The notes: generated from the sequence alone by a model not told the origin. A stretch of DNA of 64,000 nucleotides from an uncultured Geobacteraceae bacterium (GCA_903845365.1 CAIMXI010000475.1:24912-88911); one strand, 5' to 3'; counted from the stretch's first letter, positions 9,652 through 19,605 are shown. Numbers and translations: made by a program.

Positions 9652-9680
9652 TTGACAAAATCCACTGACTTTCATATCAC
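9652..9680 (+). promoter_or_regulatory. Sigma-70-like promoter TTGACA-N17-TATCAC upstream of the first cytochrome module
   Basis: gTTGACAaaatccactgactttcaTATCACtg, about 90 nt upstream of the ATG at 9773. Confidence 0.4.
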
Positions 9681-9772
9681 TGCAGTTGAAAAAGCTGATT
9701 TACTTGTCGAACCGTGTCCCGGTCTTGATAATATGGCACCTTACAACATACTAAAACGACATTGAGGTTGAG

Positions 9773-10384
9773 ATGAAAATACTCCGCACTGCTTGTCCCA
9801 CATTAGTTTTACTTGGCATAATGTCACTGCTGTTTCTCTCTGCGGAGCCGGTTTTCGCTGCCAAGGTCAAGGAATTCGACCGATCGGGGCAATTGACTGT
9901 CACTGAGAAGAGCGCCGCAGAACTGCAACCATCCTACAATATCAAGAACCGACCGAAGGAAAAAACCTTTGAGGTGCCGCGTCCCCCATTTACGGAGGGG
10001 ATTTTCCCCTGCACCCAGTGCCACAGCTCAATGAAACCTAATCCGCAGCGGAGGACTCTGACAGACTTTCACACCGACATAGTGCTTCATCATGCCGAAG
10101 GGGAGCGCTGGTGTACTGATTGCCACAACCTGCTGGATCGGGACAAACTGCGACTTGTATCCGGCGAGCTGATTAGTTTTGACGAGTCGTACAGATTGTG
10201 CGGCCAATGCCACGGTGACAAGTTCCGTGACTGGAAGGTCGGCGTTCACGGCAAGCGTACCGGTAACTGGAACGGGGACAAACAGTATCTGCTCTGTGTT
10301 CACTGCCATAACCCTCATGATCCGAAGTTCAAAGCACTCAAGCCTCTTCCACCGCCGGTACGCCCCGGCGCACTCAGGCACTGA
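9773..10384 (+). CDS. Periplasmic tetrahaem c-type cytochrome (module 1)
   Basis: A signal peptide and four CxxCH motifs are present: CTQCH, CTDCH, CGQCH, CVHCH. Confidence 0.85.
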   Translation: MKILRTACPTLVLLGIMSLLFLSAEPVFAAKVKEFDRSGQLTVTEKSAAELQPSYNIKNRPKEKTFEVPRPPFTEGIFPCTQCHSSMKPNPQRRTLTDFHTDIVLHHAEGERWCTDCHNLLDRDKLRLVSGELISFDESYRLCGQCHGDKFRDWKVGVHGKRTGNWNGDKQYLLCVHCHNPHDPKFKALKPLPPPVRPGALRH

Positions 10385-10420
10385 TTCTGTCCTACATTAT
10401 CTAAATCAGGGAGCTGATCC

Positions 10421-11344
10421 ATGTCAGAAATAAAAAATAATTCGTACGACCAGCACAGATCGCGCCGCAAATTTTTAAAGGGGATGGCGGCAGGGATCGG
10501 TTTAATTGCGCTGCCTGGCAATGAGGCGTCGGCCTCAATCTGGGAGGAATTTTTTCAGAAACATTTTCGTGAACTCTCAAAAGATGAGCTCAAGGGTGTA
10601 ATTACCCGACTTGAAAAAGATTACAGTAAAAAATACGGCAAACAGGTCACCGTTAAGACGACCCCGCCAATTGAGGGCGTGCGCTATGGCTATGCACTGG
10701 ATATTTCCCGCTGCATCGGTTGCAGGCGCTGCGTGTATGCCTGTGTGAAAGAGAACAACCAGTCGCGGGATCCTCAAATTCATTGGATCAGGGTTTTGCA
10801 GTTAGACAAAGAAAAAGGGGTCGATCTGTCTCATGCCGAACAGTACTACAACCCCGAAAAAGTACCGGAAAAAGGCCATTTCTACATGCCTGTCCAGTGC
10901 CAGCAGTGTGAAAAGCCCCCCTGTACCAAAGTATGCCCCGTCCAGGCCACCTGGAAGGAGAACGACGGGATTGTCGTCGTTGACTACAACTGGTGCATCG
11001 GCTGTCGTTACTGCATGGCGGCCTGTCCTTACGGCGCCCGCCATTTCAACTTTGGCAAACCGAGTATTCCCGCTTCAGAGGTGAATCCCGTTACCCACTA
11101 CCTCGGTAACCGTCCACGCCCCAAAGGGGTTGTGGAAAAGTGCACCTTCTGCGTTCAGCGTACGCGTGAACAGCCGGGGCGTTACCCCGCCTGCGAAGAG
11201 ATCTGTCCGGTCGGCGCCCGCAAATTCGGCAATCTGCTCGACCCTGAGAGCGAAATCCGCTATCTGATGGAGAAGAAGCGGGTCTTTATCCTGAAGGAAG
11301 ATCTCAACACTCAGCCAAAGTTTTTCTACTTCTACGCAACTTGA
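10421..11344 (+). CDS. Tat-exported 4Fe-4S ferredoxin-type subunit (DmsB/PsrB/HybA-like, module 1)
   Basis: A twin-arginine signal (SRRKFLKGMAAG) is followed by several ferredoxin motifs: CIGCRRCVYAC, CQQCEKPPC, CIGCRYCMAACP, CTFC. Confidence 0.9.
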   Translation: MSEIKNNSYDQHRSRRKFLKGMAAGIGLIALPGNEASASIWEEFFQKHFRELSKDELKGVITRLEKDYSKKYGKQVTVKTTPPIEGVRYGYALDISRCIGCRRCVYACVKENNQSRDPQIHWIRVLQLDKEKGVDLSHAEQYYNPEKVPEKGHFYMPVQCQQCEKPPCTKVCPVQATWKENDGIVVVDYNWCIGCRYCMAACPYGARHFNFGKPSIPASEVNPVTHYLGNRPRPKGVVEKCTFCVQRTREQPGRYPACEEICPVGARKFGNLLDPESEIRYLMEKKRVFILKEDLNTQPKFFYFYAT

Positions 11345-11412
11345 CCCTGATAAGCAGGGATAGTGTGTGAGCCAATGTTTTAGCAGAGCCAGATCATTTG
11401 CAGGGAGCGACA

Positions 11413-12717
11413 ATGAAAAATATATGGAACTTTTTTACCGGCACTATTGTGCTGGTCTCCAAAGGGAGCAAGGCTTATTACTGCTGGGTCATTACCCTGC
11501 TCGTTCTGATGGGCATAGGAGCTTCGGCTTATATCTACCAGCTTAATGAAGGGCTTATCGTCACAAATATGCGGGATCAGGTGTCCTGGGGCTTTTATAT
11601 CTCCAATTTTACCTTCATGGTCGGCGTGGCTGCGGCAGCCGTACTGCTGGTGATTCCGGCATATGTGTACGGATGGGGGCCAATCAAGGAGTTTGCCGTT
11701 CTAGGCGAGCTGCTGGCGGTATCGGCAATTGTCATGTGCATGCTCTTTGTAACTGTTGATCTCGGACACCCCGAGCGTTTCTGGCATCTGATCCCGAAGA
11801 TCGGACTGCTCAATTTTCCACAGTCCCTGCTGGCCTGGGATGTGGTCGTCCTAAATACTTATCTGGTGTTAAACCTTACCATTTCCATATACATCCTCTA
11901 CTCTCTCTACTACAAGCGGGAGCCAAAACATAATTTTTACACACCGCTGGTTCTCCTCTCAATCCCGTCTGCAATCTCTATCCATACCGTAACGGCGTTT
12001 CTCTATAACGGACTTGGTGCCCGGCCGTTCTGGAATTCATCCATCCTGGTACCCCGTTTTCTTGCCTCGGCATTCTGTTCTGGCCCAGCCTTCATGCTTT
12101 TGATCTTCCTGCTTGTGCGCAGGTATACGAAATTCAGGATCAAGGACGAGGCCATTCAGAAGATCGCAGAAATCATGGCATATGCGATGTTCATCAATCT
12201 TCTTCTGCTCGGTGCCGAACTCTTCAAGGAATATTATACCGATACGGTTCACCTGGATTCCTTTAAGTATCTTTTACAGGGATTGCACGGGCATTCCGCT
12301 CTGGTTCCGTGGATCTGGACGGCGATGATTTTCAACGTGACCGCATTCTTTCTCTTTTTAATCCCGGCCACCCGCAGAAACAACACGACTCTGGTCATCG
12401 GCTGTATTCTGGTTTTTATCGGTGTCTACATTGAAAAGGGGATGGGTCTTGTAATACCAGGGTTTATTCCCGATACGCTGCATGAGATCTATGAATATTC
12501 ACCGAGTGGAACAGAACTCCTTCTTGCTATGGGGATCTGGGCCACCGGTCTGTTTGTTTACACAATGCTGCTGCGGGTAGCCATACCTATATTAAACGGC
12601 GATTTTCACGTCGCCGATGATGGTGTCGGTTCATTTATCGGCGACGAGGTGTTTTTTTCCACTCAGGATTCGGAAGAGGGAACGGTTGTTGAAGAAAAAG
12701 TCGTTGTATCCCACTGA
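11413..12717 (+). CDS. NrfD/PsrC-family integral membrane quinone-interacting subunit (module 1)
   Basis: A polytopic hydrophobic protein of ~435 aa directly after the FeS subunit. The AGGGAG RBS favours the ATG at 11413. Confidence 0.85.
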   Translation: MKNIWNFFTGTIVLVSKGSKAYYCWVITLLVLMGIGASAYIYQLNEGLIVTNMRDQVSWGFYISNFTFMVGVAAAAVLLVIPAYVYGWGPIKEFAVLGELLAVSAIVMCMLFVTVDLGHPERFWHLIPKIGLLNFPQSLLAWDVVVLNTYLVLNLTISIYILYSLYYKREPKHNFYTPLVLLSIPSAISIHTVTAFLYNGLGARPFWNSSILVPRFLASAFCSGPAFMLLIFLLVRRYTKFRIKDEAIQKIAEIMAYAMFINLLLLGAELFKEYYTDTVHLDSFKYLLQGLHGHSALVPWIWTAMIFNVTAFFLFLIPATRRNNTTLVIGCILVFIGVYIEKGMGLVIPGFIPDTLHEIYEYSPSGTELLLAMGIWATGLFVYTMLLRVAIPILNGDFHVADDGVGSFIGDEVFFSTQDSEEGTVVEEKVVVSH

Positions 12718-12791
12718 CAATTGTCAGATGAACGGACTTTACTGATTTAGTCAAATACGATGCCACAATAAATGGCAATAAAGGAGAGAGA

Positions 12792-13283
12792 GTGAAAAGT
12801 CATGTCTGGCGGCCACTGTATGTGGTTATTGCATTAGCAGTTGCATTACTGGTATTTCGTTTCTTCTATGTGCCGAACGACTTTGGCTCGGGGAAAAGGG
12901 GCTTCATGTACTCTTACCATCGTCAGTCGAATGAAACGGAATGGAAAAACCAACCGGCAAAATATTCTGTTTCTGGCCGCGAGAGGATGCATGAATATTG
13001 CAGCGAATGCCACGGAGAGATTGTCAAGGTACGCTCGGAAAAACTGCACGGCATAATCCCCTGTGAAGATTGTCACGGTCCGGCCATGAAACATCCTGAT
13101 AATCCGGAAAAACTGACCATCGACCGCAGTCGTGGGCTCTGCCTCCGCTGTCACACCGATCTCCCCTATACGACAAGCGAGCGACATCGCATTCCCGGCA
13201 TTGACCCAAAAACACACAACACCGGCACAGAGTGCGTAAAATGTCACAATCCGCATAATCCCAGTCTGGAGGGAATGAAATAA
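12792..13283 (+). CDS. Membrane-anchored tetrahaem c-type cytochrome (module 2)
   Basis: An N-terminal TM helix and four CxxCH motifs are present: CSECH, CEDCH, CLRCH, CVKCH. The start is GTG after AAGGAGAG. Confidence 0.85.
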   Translation: MKSHVWRPLYVVIALAVALLVFRFFYVPNDFGSGKRGFMYSYHRQSNETEWKNQPAKYSVSGRERMHEYCSECHGEIVKVRSEKLHGIIPCEDCHGPAMKHPDNPEKLTIDRSRGLCLRCHTDLPYTTSERHRIPGIDPKTHNTGTECVKCHNPHNPSLEGMK

Positions 13284-14056
13284 TGGAGAGGCGAGAATTT
13301 CTGCAAAAATGTATTCTGGTTATTGCCGGTGCCTCAGTGCCGCTATCAGCCTTGACCTTGATCGACCCCAAAAAAGTGTTCGCCGAGAATCCAGACATCC
13401 AGTGGGCGTTTCTGGTTGATACTAACAAGTGCGTGGGCTGCGGATTTTGCGTAAAGGCCTGCAAGACGGAGAACGATATTCCTTTTGACGCCAATGTTTC
13501 GCGAACCTGGGTGGAGCGATACGTCTACACGAAAGATGACAAACGCTATGTGGATAGCCCTCAAGCTGCTCTGAACGGCTTTACAGACTCCAGGATTGAT
13601 CTTGGTCGGGGAGAGTACAAGGAGATTGACAAGGCAAATGTCGGTAAAGCATTCTTTGTCCCCAAGCTGTGCAATCACTGCTCATCACCCGCCTGTACGC
13701 AGGTCTGCCCCGTCGGCGCTACCTATAAAACTGATGATGGAGTCGTTCTGGTTGACCGTACCTGGTGTATCGGCTGCGGTTACTGCATCATGGCTTGTCC
13801 ATACGGCGCACGGTTTTTCCACCCAGTAGCCAAAGTCGCCGACAAGTGTACCTTCTGCTATCACCGCCTCAGCAAGGGACTCGATTCGGCCTGTGTCAAC
13901 GCCTGTCCCTTCAAGGCTCGCAGGATGGGCAATATTCACGATAAAAACGACCCGATCACCCAGATCATCATGAATGAGCGGGTCGGGGTACTGAAGGATG
14001 AATTTGGAACAAAGCCTCAGGCCTTTTATATTGGTCTGGCACAGGAGGTGCGCTAA
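13283..14056 (+). CDS. Tat-exported 4Fe-4S ferredoxin-type subunit (module 2)
   Basis: RREFLQK Tat motif, followed by CVGCGFCVKAC, CNHCSSPAC, CIGCGYCIMACP and CTFC. Confidence 0.9.
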   Translation: MERREFLQKCILVIAGASVPLSALTLIDPKKVFAENPDIQWAFLVDTNKCVGCGFCVKACKTENDIPFDANVSRTWVERYVYTKDDKRYVDSPQAALNGFTDSRIDLGRGEYKEIDKANVGKAFFVPKLCNHCSSPACTQVCPVGATYKTDDGVVLVDRTWCIGCGYCIMACPYGARFFHPVAKVADKCTFCYHRLSKGLDSACVNACPFKARRMGNIHDKNDPITQIIMNERVGVLKDEFGTKPQAFYIGLAQEVR

Positions 14057-14058
14057 CC

Positions 14059-15360
14059 ATGGTCGGAGAAATCGCAAAACACGCAGCTACGGTAGTGCAC
14101 GGGGAAGCATGGACGATCAAGGAACTTTTCACCCTACCGAATGAGTACATCTACTGGTCGATCCAGATAGTCATGTACCCCTACATGACCGGGCTTGTCG
14201 CTGGGGCATTTGTTCTCTCCTCGCTCTACCACGTTTTCGGAATCGAAAAACTCAAAGAGATTGCCAGATTCTCGCTGGTGTTTTCGTTCGCCCTGCTACC
14301 GGTGGCGATGATGCCTCTAACGCTGCATCTACAACAGCCGTTTCGCGGTATAAACGTCATGATGACACCGCATTTCACCTCCGCAATCGCCGCCTTTGGC
14401 TTCGTATTCACTACCTACGGCTGCATTGTAGCAACCGAACTATGGCTGGTATACCGAAAATATTTTGTGCAGACCGCTGTGGCACTGAAGGCTCAGAAAA
14501 ATCGCAGCGCTGTTGACGGCTTTCGCATGCTGTTGTTTTCGGCGCTTACGCTTGGTGCCTGGGATATAAGCAACGAAGCGGTGGAAAAAGACCACAAGGC
14601 CTGCAAGACCATGGCCGCTATCGGTATCCCGGTCGCCTGCTTTCTCCATGGTTACGCCGGTTTCATTTTCGGTTCTGTCAAGGCCAACGCTCTCTGGATG
14701 ACACCGCTGATGCCGGTTATCTTTATCTGTTCGGCCGTTGTTTCCGGGGTTGCCCTGTGCATTCTCTGCTACGTAGTCGTACAAGAGATTCGTAAGTTCA
14801 TGGCAAAACGGAAGATAGCCCGCTGGGCCAAGGATCCTGCTGCTCCGACCATCGAGGAGCTGGAAGGAGCTAAACATGAAGAGGTCATGATTGCATCAAA
14901 CTATCTGATGTATTTCATGATAGCCGCCTTGACCCTGGAAATACTGGATCTGATCTTCCGTGGTTACACCCAGGTCAAATCATGGGACATCCTCCGTGAG
15001 GTCATTATGGAGCGCGACTTCACCAAGATTTTTATCATGCAGTACGGACTTGGCAACATACTCCCGTTCCTGATTATGGTTCTACCGGGTCGTACCGTTC
15101 GCCGGACTACCATTGCCACGGTACTCGTACTATTCGGCGTCTTTATGATGCGTTATAACGTCGTCATCGGTGGCCAGGCGTTTTCGCTCAGTTTTTCCGG
15201 TTTCATGGATTACACGCTGCCGATCATTCCACATGACCTGGAAACATTCAAGGAGGGGCTGTTCGGCGCTCTGTCGGTCGCAGTCACCCCGTTCGTGCTA
15301 TTTTTCTTTATCAACAAGGTTATGCCCGCCTTCCTGAAAGAGGAAGAATCGACTCACTGA
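14059..15360 (+). CDS. NrfD/PsrC-family integral membrane subunit (module 2)
   Basis: A polytopic membrane protein of 433 aa in the same position as in module 1. Confidence 0.85.
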   Translation: MVGEIAKHAATVVHGEAWTIKELFTLPNEYIYWSIQIVMYPYMTGLVAGAFVLSSLYHVFGIEKLKEIARFSLVFSFALLPVAMMPLTLHLQQPFRGINVMMTPHFTSAIAAFGFVFTTYGCIVATELWLVYRKYFVQTAVALKAQKNRSAVDGFRMLLFSALTLGAWDISNEAVEKDHKACKTMAAIGIPVACFLHGYAGFIFGSVKANALWMTPLMPVIFICSAVVSGVALCILCYVVVQEIRKFMAKRKIARWAKDPAAPTIEELEGAKHEEVMIASNYLMYFMIAALTLEILDLIFRGYTQVKSWDILREVIMERDFTKIFIMQYGLGNILPFLIMVLPGRTVRRTTIATVLVLFGVFMMRYNVVIGGQAFSLSFSGFMDYTLPIIPHDLETFKEGLFGALSVAVTPFVLFFFINKVMPAFLKEEESTH

Positions 15361-15385
15361 CAGCAGATTCGTTTATTCACCCTGA

Positions 15386-15424
15386 GGGCGACAGGCAAAT
15401 ACTGTCGCCCTGTTTTTTTGTTTT
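15386..15424 (+). terminator. Rho-independent terminator after module 2
   Basis: GGGCGACAG-gcaaata-CTGTCGCCC followed by tgTTTTTTTTgTTTTTT. Confidence 0.8.
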
Positions 15425-15514
15425 TTACTCTGTATTGACTTTGTATAGTCCATTTGATAGCTTGTCGCCAATTGGTTCTGAAGTTTTGCCCACTACAAAG
15501 CGGAGTTGTCTGTC

Positions 15515-16597
15515 ATGCACAAAAAACTGTTTATTCCAGGACCTGTTGAAGTCCATCCAGATGTTTTGAAAGCCATGGCTTCGCCAATGATCGGCCACCG
15601 CATGAAAGAGTACGGGGAGTTGCATGGTCGGGTCACCAGAGGACTAAAAAAACTGTTGTTCACCAATGACAAGGTTTTTCTGGCAACTTCGAGTGCTTTT
15701 GGCGTTATGGAAGGGGCTGTACGCAATCTGGTCGGAAAGCGCTGCGCCAATTTCTGTAATGGTGCCTTTTCTGATAAATGGCACGATGTCACCATCCGCT
15801 GCGGCAAAGAGGCGGACGCCATCCGTTTTGACTGGGGCACTCCTGTTACGCCCGACGCGGTCGAAAAAGCTCTTGCCACCGGAAAGTACGACAGTATGAC
15901 GATGATCCACAACGAAACCTCCACTGGGGTAATGTCACCTCTGCCGGAGATCGCTGCGGTCATGCGCAAATTTCCGGAAGTCATGTTTATTGTCGATACC
16001 GTATCTTCAATGAGTGCCCTCAAAATCCCGGTTGACGAGCTAGGTATCGATTGCTGTATTTTCGGCGTACAGAAGGCGTTTGCGCTGCCGCCCGGCCTGG
16101 CGGTCTTTACGGCCAGCGAAAAGTCCCTGCAGCGGGCAGCCGACATGGAGGGTCGCGGCTACTACTTCGATTTTATTGAGTTTGCCGCCAACGATGCCAA
16201 AAACAATACTCCATCGACTCCGTGTATTTCCTTGATCTATGCACTTGACTGCCAACTGCAGCGGATGTTTGCTGAAGGTCTGGAGAACCGTTGGGCGCGT
16301 CATGACGATCTTGCCGGATATGTCAGGAGTTGGCTGACTGATCGTGGATTTGCATCATTTCCGGCTGCTGCTTATCGCTCGCAGACATTGACCTGCAGTC
16401 GCAACAGTCGCGGTATTGATCTGGCTGCTCTGAAAAAAGGCCTTGGTGACGCCGGGTTTGCGTTTGACGACGGGTATGGCAAGATAAAAGGAGAAACCTT
16501 CCGTATCGCTCATATGGGTGACATGACGCGAGCAGATATGGATGGGCTGTTCGCTGCGATTACAACGATTCTGCCGGAACTGGCGTTATCGCATTAA
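15515..16597 (+). CDS. Class V aminotransferase (serine-pyruvate / alanine-glyoxylate type)
   Basis: …LFIPGPVEV…HNETSTGV…GVQKAFALPPGL… shows the PLP-Lys context. The ATG at 15515 behind GGAG is preferred over the TTG at 15506. Confidence 0.8.
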   Translation: MHKKLFIPGPVEVHPDVLKAMASPMIGHRMKEYGELHGRVTRGLKKLLFTNDKVFLATSSAFGVMEGAVRNLVGKRCANFCNGAFSDKWHDVTIRCGKEADAIRFDWGTPVTPDAVEKALATGKYDSMTMIHNETSTGVMSPLPEIAAVMRKFPEVMFIVDTVSSMSALKIPVDELGIDCCIFGVQKAFALPPGLAVFTASEKSLQRAADMEGRGYYFDFIEFAANDAKNNTPSTPCISLIYALDCQLQRMFAEGLENRWARHDDLAGYVRSWLTDRGFASFPAAAYRSQTLTCSRNSRGIDLAALKKGLGDAGFAFDDGYGKIKGETFRIAHMGDMTRADMDGLFAAITTILPELALSH

Positions 16598-16604
16598 ACA
16601 ACAA

Positions 16605-16639
16605 AAGACCTTTGAGGTTTTAATAACCTCAAAGGTCTC
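16605..16639. terminator. Bidirectional hairpin between the convergent aminotransferase and rubredoxin genes
   Basis: GACCTTTGAGGTT-ttaat-AACCTCAAAGGTC, with A/T-rich flanks. Confidence 0.6.
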
Positions 16640-16676
16640 GTCTGAAACAACCGACTTTTTGACTGCAGAAGCGGAT

Positions 16677-16835
16677 TTACTCTTTCTCGAATACATCCTT
16701 GCCTACTCCGCAGAGCGGGCAGCGCCAATCGTCGGGTAGCGCCTCAAATGATGTCCCCGGTTCAATGCCGCTGTCCGGATCGCCAACTGCGGGGTCGTAC
16801 ACATACTGACAGATAGTACAGATCCAACGTTCCAT
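16677..16835 (-). CDS. Rubredoxin (52 aa), absent from the ORF track
   Basis: Hand translation of the reverse strand gives [52 protein letters not shown]. It has the CxxC…CPxCG pair and the conserved YVYDP and DDW motifs. Confidence 0.9.
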   Translation of the reverse strand: MERWICTICQYVYDPAVGDPDSGIEPGTSFEALPDDWRCPLCGVGKDVFEKE

Positions 16836-17014
16836 AGTGTTTTACTCCTCGTGTAATGCGTAGTATGTCCAGCGGATACGCTGAACGGGGCAACCGCCAA
16901 AGGTTAACTGCGAGGCAGTTTACTCATCTCCAGTGAAGATGTCAATACACAGTGAAAGTTTTAAATTATTAACCGGCGACTGATTCCGGAATTGCACAAA
17001 AAGAGAGGGGAACG

Positions 17015-17638
17015 ATGATATTTGAATCAACAGCCGTAGGGCCACTTGAAGTTAATTGCTATATTGTTGGATGCGAGCAGAGCCGCGAAGGGATTGTTGT
17101 CGACCCTGGAGGCGATCTGGAGAAGATTGCGGCTATTGTTAAACGACATGGGCTGAAGATCCATACAGTCATCAATACGCATGGCCACTTTGATCACCTT
17201 GGGGGGAACCGGCAGGCGCTGACTGTCTTTGGTGCCAGACTGCTGATTCACCAGGCTGATGCACACATGCTGAGCAAATCAGCCGAGGTAGCCCGTATGT
17301 ACGGTATACCCGGTGATAACTCTCCGGAGGCAGACGCCTGGCTGGTAGACGATATGGAGATATTATTCGGTACGCATCGCCTGAAAGTTCTCCATACGCC
17401 TGGGCACACTTTGGGGGGATGCTGTCTCTATTTTGAAGATGAGCATAAAGTGATCACCGGGGATACACTCTTTGCTGATTCAATCGGGCGTACCGACCTG
17501 CCGGGCGGGTCGCATGAACAACTGCTGAATTCAATCCGCACCAAGCTTTTTTCCCTGCCGGACGACGTAATCGCGTATCCGGGGCATGGCCCTGAGACAA
17601 CCATCGGACACGAAAAACGTTGTAACCCCTATTTCTGA
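17015..17638 (+). CDS. MBL-fold metallo-hydrolase (glyoxalase II-like)
   Basis: INTHGHFDHLGG motif, and TPGHTLGG. Confidence 0.85.
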   Translation: MIFESTAVGPLEVNCYIVGCEQSREGIVVDPGGDLEKIAAIVKRHGLKIHTVINTHGHFDHLGGNRQALTVFGARLLIHQADAHMLSKSAEVARMYGIPGDNSPEADAWLVDDMEILFGTHRLKVLHTPGHTLGGCCLYFEDEHKVITGDTLFADSIGRTDLPGGSHEQLLNSIRTKLFSLPDDVIAYPGHGPETTIGHEKRCNPYF

Positions 17639-17652
17639 GGCGCTCCTTCTCT

Positions 17653-18849
17653 ATGCTTACCAATAAAAAAATTATTCTGGGAATCTGCGGTGGGATTGCT
17701 GTCTACAAGGCTGTTGAGTTGCTACGGCTTTTAACTAAGGCGGGTGCTGAGGTTCATGTCATTATGACCAGTGCTGCTCAGGAATTCGTCACGCCGCTTA
17801 CATTCCAGACGCTTTCGTCAAATCCGGTACATACAGAGCTGTTTAATCTGATTGCAGAGCGGGAAATCGGCCACATATCACTTGCTGATCAGGCGGATCT
17901 GTTCATTATCGTTCCGGCTACGGCCAATGTCATCGGTAAAATAGCCGCCGGCATTGCCGATGATCTGCTTACGACGACGGTTATGGCTACCAAAGCTCCG
18001 GTACTGTTTGCCCCCGCGATGAACGTAAACATGTTTACCAATCCGATTTATCGGGAAAATGAGCAGAAACTGCGGCGCTTGGGTTACCTTTTTGTAGACC
18101 CGATACGTGGCACCCTTGCATGCGGTTGGGAAGGCGAAGGTAAGCTGGCGGCGCCTGAGACTATTTTCGAGGGTGCATCTGCTGCGCTGACAGAAAAGGA
18201 TCTGCTTAACCGGACGATTATGATCACCGCCGGGCCGACCCGCGAAGAGATCGATCCGGTCAGGTATATCAGTAACCACTCTTCCGGCAAAATGGGTTAT
18301 GCCCTCGCCCGCGCCGCATCCCGGCGGGGTGCCAACGTGTTTTTGATCAGCGGCCCGACCACTCTGGCAGAACCGTGTGGAGTGCAATTTGTAAACGTAA
18401 CCAGCGCCGATGACATGCACAGAGAAGTTATGGCGCGGGTCGATGAGTGTGATGTCATCATCAAGGCGGCCGCAGTGGCAGACTATCGCCCCTTGGTTAG
18501 AAGCGCGACAAAAATCAAGAAGAAAGCTGATTCTGCAACGATTGAGCTGGTCAGAAACCGTGATATTCTTGCCGAACTGGGTGGGATTGAGCATCGTCCG
18601 TTTCTGGTAGGATTTGCTGCGGAAACCGATGCTCTGGCTATAAACGCAGAGAAAAAACTGCGCGAAAAAAATCTTGATATGATTGTCGCCAATGATGTGA
18701 GCCAGGTAGATGCCGGTTTCAACGTGGAGACCAATCGGGCTCTACTGCTGTTCAGAGACGGCAGATGTATTGACTGCGGGCTGATGTCTAAGGATCAACT
18801 GGCCGGAACAATCCTTGACCATGTTGCCGCCCGCCTGATGGCGGATTGA
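17653..18849 (+). CDS. coaBC: Bifunctional phosphopantothenoylcysteine decarboxylase / phosphopantothenate-cysteine ligase
   Basis: ILGICGGIAVYKA…PAMN..M…ITAGPTREEIDPVRYISNHSSGKMG…. Confidence 0.95.
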   Translation: MLTNKKIILGICGGIAVYKAVELLRLLTKAGAEVHVIMTSAAQEFVTPLTFQTLSSNPVHTELFNLIAEREIGHISLADQADLFIIVPATANVIGKIAAGIADDLLTTTVMATKAPVLFAPAMNVNMFTNPIYRENEQKLRRLGYLFVDPIRGTLACGWEGEGKLAAPETIFEGASAALTEKDLLNRTIMITAGPTREEIDPVRYISNHSSGKMGYALARAASRRGANVFLISGPTTLAEPCGVQFVNVTSADDMHREVMARVDECDVIIKAAAVADYRPLVRSATKIKKKADSATIELVRNRDILAELGGIEHRPFLVGFAAETDALAINAEKKLREKNLDMIVANDVSQVDAGFNVETNRALLLFRDGRCIDCGLMSKDQLAGTILDHVAARLMAD

Positions 18850-18868
18850 GTTCATTTTCCGTTTTGTC

Positions 18869-18897
18869 TTGACTTGACTGTTCGAAAGTTCTAGTTT
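18869..18897 (+). promoter_or_regulatory. Possible sigma-70 promoter TTGACT-N17-TAGTTT upstream of tolQ
   Basis: Read directly from the sequence. The -10 element is weak. Confidence 0.3.
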
Positions 18898-18930
18898 TTC
18901 CAACTTCTAATCCACTCGGAGGTATCATCC

Positions 18931-19602
18931 TTGGACATAATCCTCGGCGCCGGTATTATCGTAAAACTGGTTCTATTACTGCTATTATCATTCTCCGTAG
19001 TCTCGTGGGCCATTATCCTGTTCAAGTTTTTTCAGGTTCATCGGGCAAAGAGCGAATCAGAACGCTTCATGGACTTTTTCTGGAAGTCAAAACGCTTCGA
19101 CGCAATCGCCTCGCAGGTTGACCGCTTTGCCAACTCGCCATTGACCGTTCTGTTCAATGAGGGATTCAGCGAGTTGAAAAAGGTTGTTGAACCTGACAGC
19201 AAAAGCGATGGCAGCGCTCTTAGTACCGATCTTGGAGGCATTGAGAATGTCTCCCGTGCGCTGCGTCGAGCCACAAATTCCGAGATAACCCGACTGGAAA
19301 AGTACCTGACGTTCCTGGCCACAACCGGTTCGACTTCCCCCTTTATAGGGCTGTTCGGTACAGTCTGGGGCATTATGACGGCATTTGAGGGGATCGGCAA
19401 AACCGGATCAGCTTCGTTGGCAGTAGTTGCCCCCGGAATCGCAGAAGCGTTGATAGCCACTGCTATCGGACTTGTCGCCGCCATTCCGGCTGTCATGGCG
19501 TACAATCACTTTCAGCATAAAATTCGCGTACTGATAAATGAGATGGACAGCTTTTCCACAGAATTTCTCAACATAGTGCAGCGTAATATTGCGGGTAAAT
19601 AG
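18931..19602 (+). CDS. tolQ: Tol-Pal system protein TolQ (MotA/TolQ/ExbB family)
   Basis: TTG start 8 nt after GGAGG. Three TM segments are present, with …TTGSTSPFIGLFGTVWGIM…AL.ATAIGL.AAIPA…. Confidence 0.85.
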   Translation: MDIILGAGIIVKLVLLLLLSFSVVSWAIILFKFFQVHRAKSESERFMDFFWKSKRFDAIASQVDRFANSPLTVLFNEGFSELKKVVEPDSKSDGSALSTDLGGIENVSRALRRATNSEITRLEKYLTFLATTGSTSPFIGLFGTVWGIMTAFEGIGKTGSASLAVVAPGIAEALIATAIGLVAAIPAVMAYNHFQHKIRVLINEMDSFSTEFLNIVQRNIAGK

Positions 19603-19605
19603 AGT

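Noticed and set aside
16703-16900. 65-aa minus-strand ORF from the track.
   Set aside because: It overlaps the textbook rubredoxin reading frame (16677..16835) in a different frame and has no recognisable features.
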